From NCBI GenBank assembly GCA_963851265.1, contig CAWKNZ010000002.1, positions 1,664,001 through 1,728,000 of the forward strand: a stretch of DNA of 64,000 nucleotides, read 5' to 3'. Under the pieces are notes generated by a model that saw only the letters and a list, made by a program, of their open reading frames with translations, was not told the DNA's origin and did no database searches. Both the position numbers and the translations under genes were made by a program. Numbering within the stretch: position 1 is the stretch's first letter; each line of letters begins with the position of its first letter. The stretch comes from an uncultured Gemmatimonadales bacterium. GTDB taxonomy: Bacteria > Gemmatimonadota > Gemmatimonadetes > Gemmatimonadales > Gemmatimonadaceae. Positions 61,051-64,000 of the stretch are shown here, piece by piece.

Positions 61051-62667
61051 ATGAAACCGCGCGCCGGCCCGCGTCGTATGCCCGCACGGTCGTTCCCTCC
61101 CGCCTCTTCCCGCATGCCGTCCTTCCCCGCCCCCGGCCGCGCGGCTGCCGTCCGACGCGGACGTCCCTCGCGCTTTTCCGGCGCGCTCCTCGTCGGCGCG
61201 CTGGTCCTCGGCGTCGCGCCCGCGGCCACACCGGTCGTCGCCCGCGCCCAAAGCATCACCGCCACCCCCGCGGCGCCCTCCGCCCTCTCGCTCGAGGACG
61301 CCATCGCGCTCGCCCGGACCAACGCGCCGGCGTACCTGCAGAGTACCAACCAGCGGCGCCGGGCGGACGCACAGGTACGCAGCGCACGCGGGGCATTGCT
61401 TCCGACGTTCACCACGAGCCTCGGCTCGACGTACCGCGAGGGCGGCCAGCAGCTCATTGCCGGCCAGGCGTTCGGTGCCTCGGCAAGCCAGGTGCAGGGG
61501 AGCTACGCGCTCGACCTCACGGCGTCGTACAGCGTTGCCGCATTGACGGCGCCGCGGCTGCAGCGGGCTGCCCGCGACGCGGTCGATGCCGACATCCTCG
61601 GGTCGGGCCAGCAGCTGCGGACCGGCGTGACGCAGCAGTACCTGACGGCGCTCCAGCAGCAGGCCCGGGCCGAGCTCGCCGACACCCTCGTCGCGACCGC
61701 GCGCACGCAGCTCGAGCTGGCGAAGGCGCGCGTCGCGGTCGGCGCCGCCACCGTGCTCGACGTGCGCCGCGCCGAGGTCGCGCTCGGCCAGCAGCAGGTC
61801 GCAGGTATTCAGGCGCGCAATCAGGCCGAGGTGGAGCGCGTGCGCCTGCTGCAGCAGATCGGCGTCGAGCCGAGCCGACCCGTCACGCTCACCTCGCGCT
61901 TCACGGTGAGCGACCCCGGCCTCACGCTCGACGCGCTGCTGCAGCAGGCGCGGACGTACAACCCCGCGCTCAACGCGCTCCGCTCGCGAGAGCGCGTGGC
62001 CGGTCTCTCGATCCGCCAGGCGCGCGGGGCGTACCTGCCGTCGCTGAACCTGTCGGCCAACGTCAGCGGGTTCAGCAGCCAGTTCACCAACACCGACGCG
62101 CTCGTCGCCGGCGCCCTCGGGTCGCAGGTCGCCCAGTGTCAGCAGCAGGCGGCCGTGCGCGCGATCGCGACCGGCCAGCCGGCCGATGCGTCGAGCTGTA
62201 CGGGCATGACGCTCACGCCGGCGCAGATCGCCAGCGCGCGCGCGGGCAACGGCAACTTCTTCAGCTTCTCGCGCAACCCGTACACGCTTTCGGCGTACCT
62301 GTCGTTCCCGATCTTCAACGGCTTCCAACGCGAGGTCGGCGTGCAGCAGGCGCGGGCCGACCAGTACGACGCCGACGCCCGCACGCGCGCGCAGGAGTTG
62401 CAGCTGACGGCCGACGTGACGGCGGCGTACCGCACGCTCGATTCGCAGCGGCAGGTCGTTGCCCAGCAGGAGCGGAACGTCGCGACCGCGAAGGAAGCGC
62501 TCTACCTGGCGCAGGAGCGGTACCGCGTCGGCGCGGGCGGCTACCTCGACGTGTCGCAGGCGCAGGACGCGTACAACACCGCGCAGACCGACTACATCAA
62601 CGCCGTGTACCAGTACCACAGCGCGTTCGCGACGCTCGAGAGCGCGGTCGGCCGTCCTCTCCGTTGA
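61051..62667 (+). CDS. TolC family outer membrane protein
   Basis: LSLEDAIALA, A....LPT, GAATVLDVRRAEV, PIFNGF, ERYRVG....LDV; start uncertain. Confidence 0.92.
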   Translation: MKPRAGPRRMPARSFPPASSRMPSFPAPGRAAAVRRGRPSRFSGALLVGALVLGVAPAATPVVARAQSITATPAAPSALSLEDAIALARTNAPAYLQSTNQRRRADAQVRSARGALLPTFTTSLGSTYREGGQQLIAGQAFGASASQVQGSYALDLTASYSVAALTAPRLQRAARDAVDADILGSGQQLRTGVTQQYLTALQQQARAELADTLVATARTQLELAKARVAVGAATVLDVRRAEVALGQQQVAGIQARNQAEVERVRLLQQIGVEPSRPVTLTSRFTVSDPGLTLDALLQQARTYNPALNALRSRERVAGLSIRQARGAYLPSLNLSANVSGFSSQFTNTDALVAGALGSQVAQCQQQAAVRAIATGQPADASSCTGMTLTPAQIASARAGNGNFFSFSRNPYTLSAYLSFPIFNGFQREVGVQQARADQYDADARTRAQELQLTADVTAAYRTLDSQRQVVAQQERNVATAKEALYLAQERYRVGAGGYLDVSQAQDAYNTAQTDYINAVYQYHSAFATLESAVGRPLR

Positions 62668-62698
62668 GCCCCCTCCCCACTCCCGCCCGATCCGCCCC

Positions 62699-63994
62699 AT
62701 GCGCAAGAGCGTCAAACTGACCATCGCCGGCGTGGCCGTCGCCGCACTGGGCGGCGTCGCGGCCGCGGGCGCCAACAACCGGTCCAACAAGGGCGTCGAG
62801 GTCAAGACCGAGCCCGTGCGGCGGCGCGACCTCGTCGCCTCGGTGACTGCGAGCGGTCAGGTCCGCCCGCACACCAAGGTCGACGTCGCCGCCGACATCA
62901 GCGGGCGCATCGTCCGCCTCGCGGTCAAGGAGGGCCAGCTCGTCACGCGGGGCCAGTTCCTGCTGCAGATCGACCCGGCGCAGTACGCCGCCACGGTGCA
63001 GAGCGCGCAGGCGGCGGTGTCACAGGCGCGCGCGCAGCAGGCGCAGGCGCAGGCCAATCTCATCCAGGCCCAGCGCGCGTACGAACGCATGGCGGCCATC
63101 AAGAAGCAGAACCCGCAGCTCGTCTCCGAGTCGGAGCTCGACCAGCTCCACACGCAGGCCGACGCCGCGCGGGCCCTCGCCGACGCGAGCCGGTTCGCCA
63201 TCAACCAGGCACTCGGTCAGCTGCAGAACGCCCAGCAGGCGCTCGACAAGACCACGATCGTCGCGCCGATGAGCGGCCGCGTCACGCGCCTCAACGTCGA
63301 GCAGGGCGAGACGGCCGTGCCGGGCACGTTCAACAAGGACGCCGCCACGCTGCTCACGATCAGCGACATGAGCGTGCTCGAGACCAAGATCAAGGTCGAC
63401 GAGACGGACGTCGCGCGCATCAAGCTCGGCGACTCGGCGGTCGTCCAGATCGACGCGTTCCCGGACTCGACGTTCACGGGCCGCGTGACCGAGATCTCCA
63501 ACAGCGCGCTCAAGGCCGCGACGGGGCAGCAGGCCGCCGACCAGGCCGTGGACTACGAGGTGACCGTCCAGCTCCTCAATCCGCCGGTCGACACGCGCCC
63601 GGACTTCTCGGCGACCGCCAAGGTCGTCACGGCGGCGCGCCAGCGCGCGCTCGCGGTGCCGATCATCGCGCTCACCGTGCGCGAGAACGAGCCCGTCGGC
63701 GGCGACACCGCGCAACAGGGCCTCGGTGCAAAGCGTCCTCAGAAGGAAGTCGGCAAGAAGGACGTCGAAGGCGTCTTCCTCGTCGGCAAGGACAACAAGG
63801 TCCAGTTCCGCCCGGTGCGCGTCGGCATCGCGGGGGACAAGTACTTCGAAGTCGTCGGCGGTCTTCGCGAAGGAGAGACGATCGTGTCGGGAACGTACCA
63901 GGCCATCCGCGAGCTGAAGGACGGCGCGGCGATCCGCATCGCCCGCGACACCACGAAGGGCGCCAAGACGGCCGAGACGGGGGCGCCCAAGTGA
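62699..63994 (+). CDS. Efflux periplasmic adaptor subunit (MacA-like)
   Basis: V.ASGQVRP, ISGRIVRLAVKEGQ.V, TTIVAPMSGRV, VDETDV..IKLG, GLREGETIVSG. Confidence 0.93.
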   Translation: MRKSVKLTIAGVAVAALGGVAAAGANNRSNKGVEVKTEPVRRRDLVASVTASGQVRPHTKVDVAADISGRIVRLAVKEGQLVTRGQFLLQIDPAQYAATVQSAQAAVSQARAQQAQAQANLIQAQRAYERMAAIKKQNPQLVSESELDQLHTQADAARALADASRFAINQALGQLQNAQQALDKTTIVAPMSGRVTRLNVEQGETAVPGTFNKDAATLLTISDMSVLETKIKVDETDVARIKLGDSAVVQIDAFPDSTFTGRVTEISNSALKAATGQQAADQAVDYEVTVQLLNPPVDTRPDFSATAKVVTAARQRALAVPIIALTVRENEPVGGDTAQQGLGAKRPQKEVGKKDVEGVFLVGKDNKVQFRPVRVGIAGDKYFEVVGGLREGETIVSGTYQAIRELKDGAAIRIARDTTKGAKTAETGAPK

Positions 63995-64000
63995 GCGCGA

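Overview
Very GC-rich (about 75% by eye) bacterial chromosome segment. Gene content and order suggest Gemmatimonadota (inference). It is mostly housekeeping. Clusters: rplY-pth-ychF; rpsF-rpsR-DUF2232-rplI; rsfS-two SPOR proteins-smc-MBL hydrolase; aroF-lolA; prfA-prmC-ylbF-tmk-ctpA; crp plus MBL hydrolase; yajQ-rimO-spoIID-OMP-DUF4105-hydantoinase A/B; ASST; a sigma70; lepB; two aldehyde dehydrogenases; two barrel-less TonB-plug proteins; NtrX/NtrY-like genes; comM; a tandem Ser/Thr kinase; the start of a TolC/MFP efflux operon. Main non-obvious signals: (1) the octamer CGTTAGGC/GCCTAACG occurs at least 26 times, 13 per strand, mostly inside core genes and in several reading frames, so it is a candidate DNA-uptake or chromosome-signal sequence. 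(2) A ~3 kb decayed, integrase-less element sits in the 3' end of ychF, bounded by a 21/22-bp direct repeat. (3) That element contains two tandem paralogous small ORFs whose reading frames depend on 11-bp repeat copy number. No rRNA, tRNA or CRISPR array was recognised. All calls are by-eye motif recognition; no searches were run.
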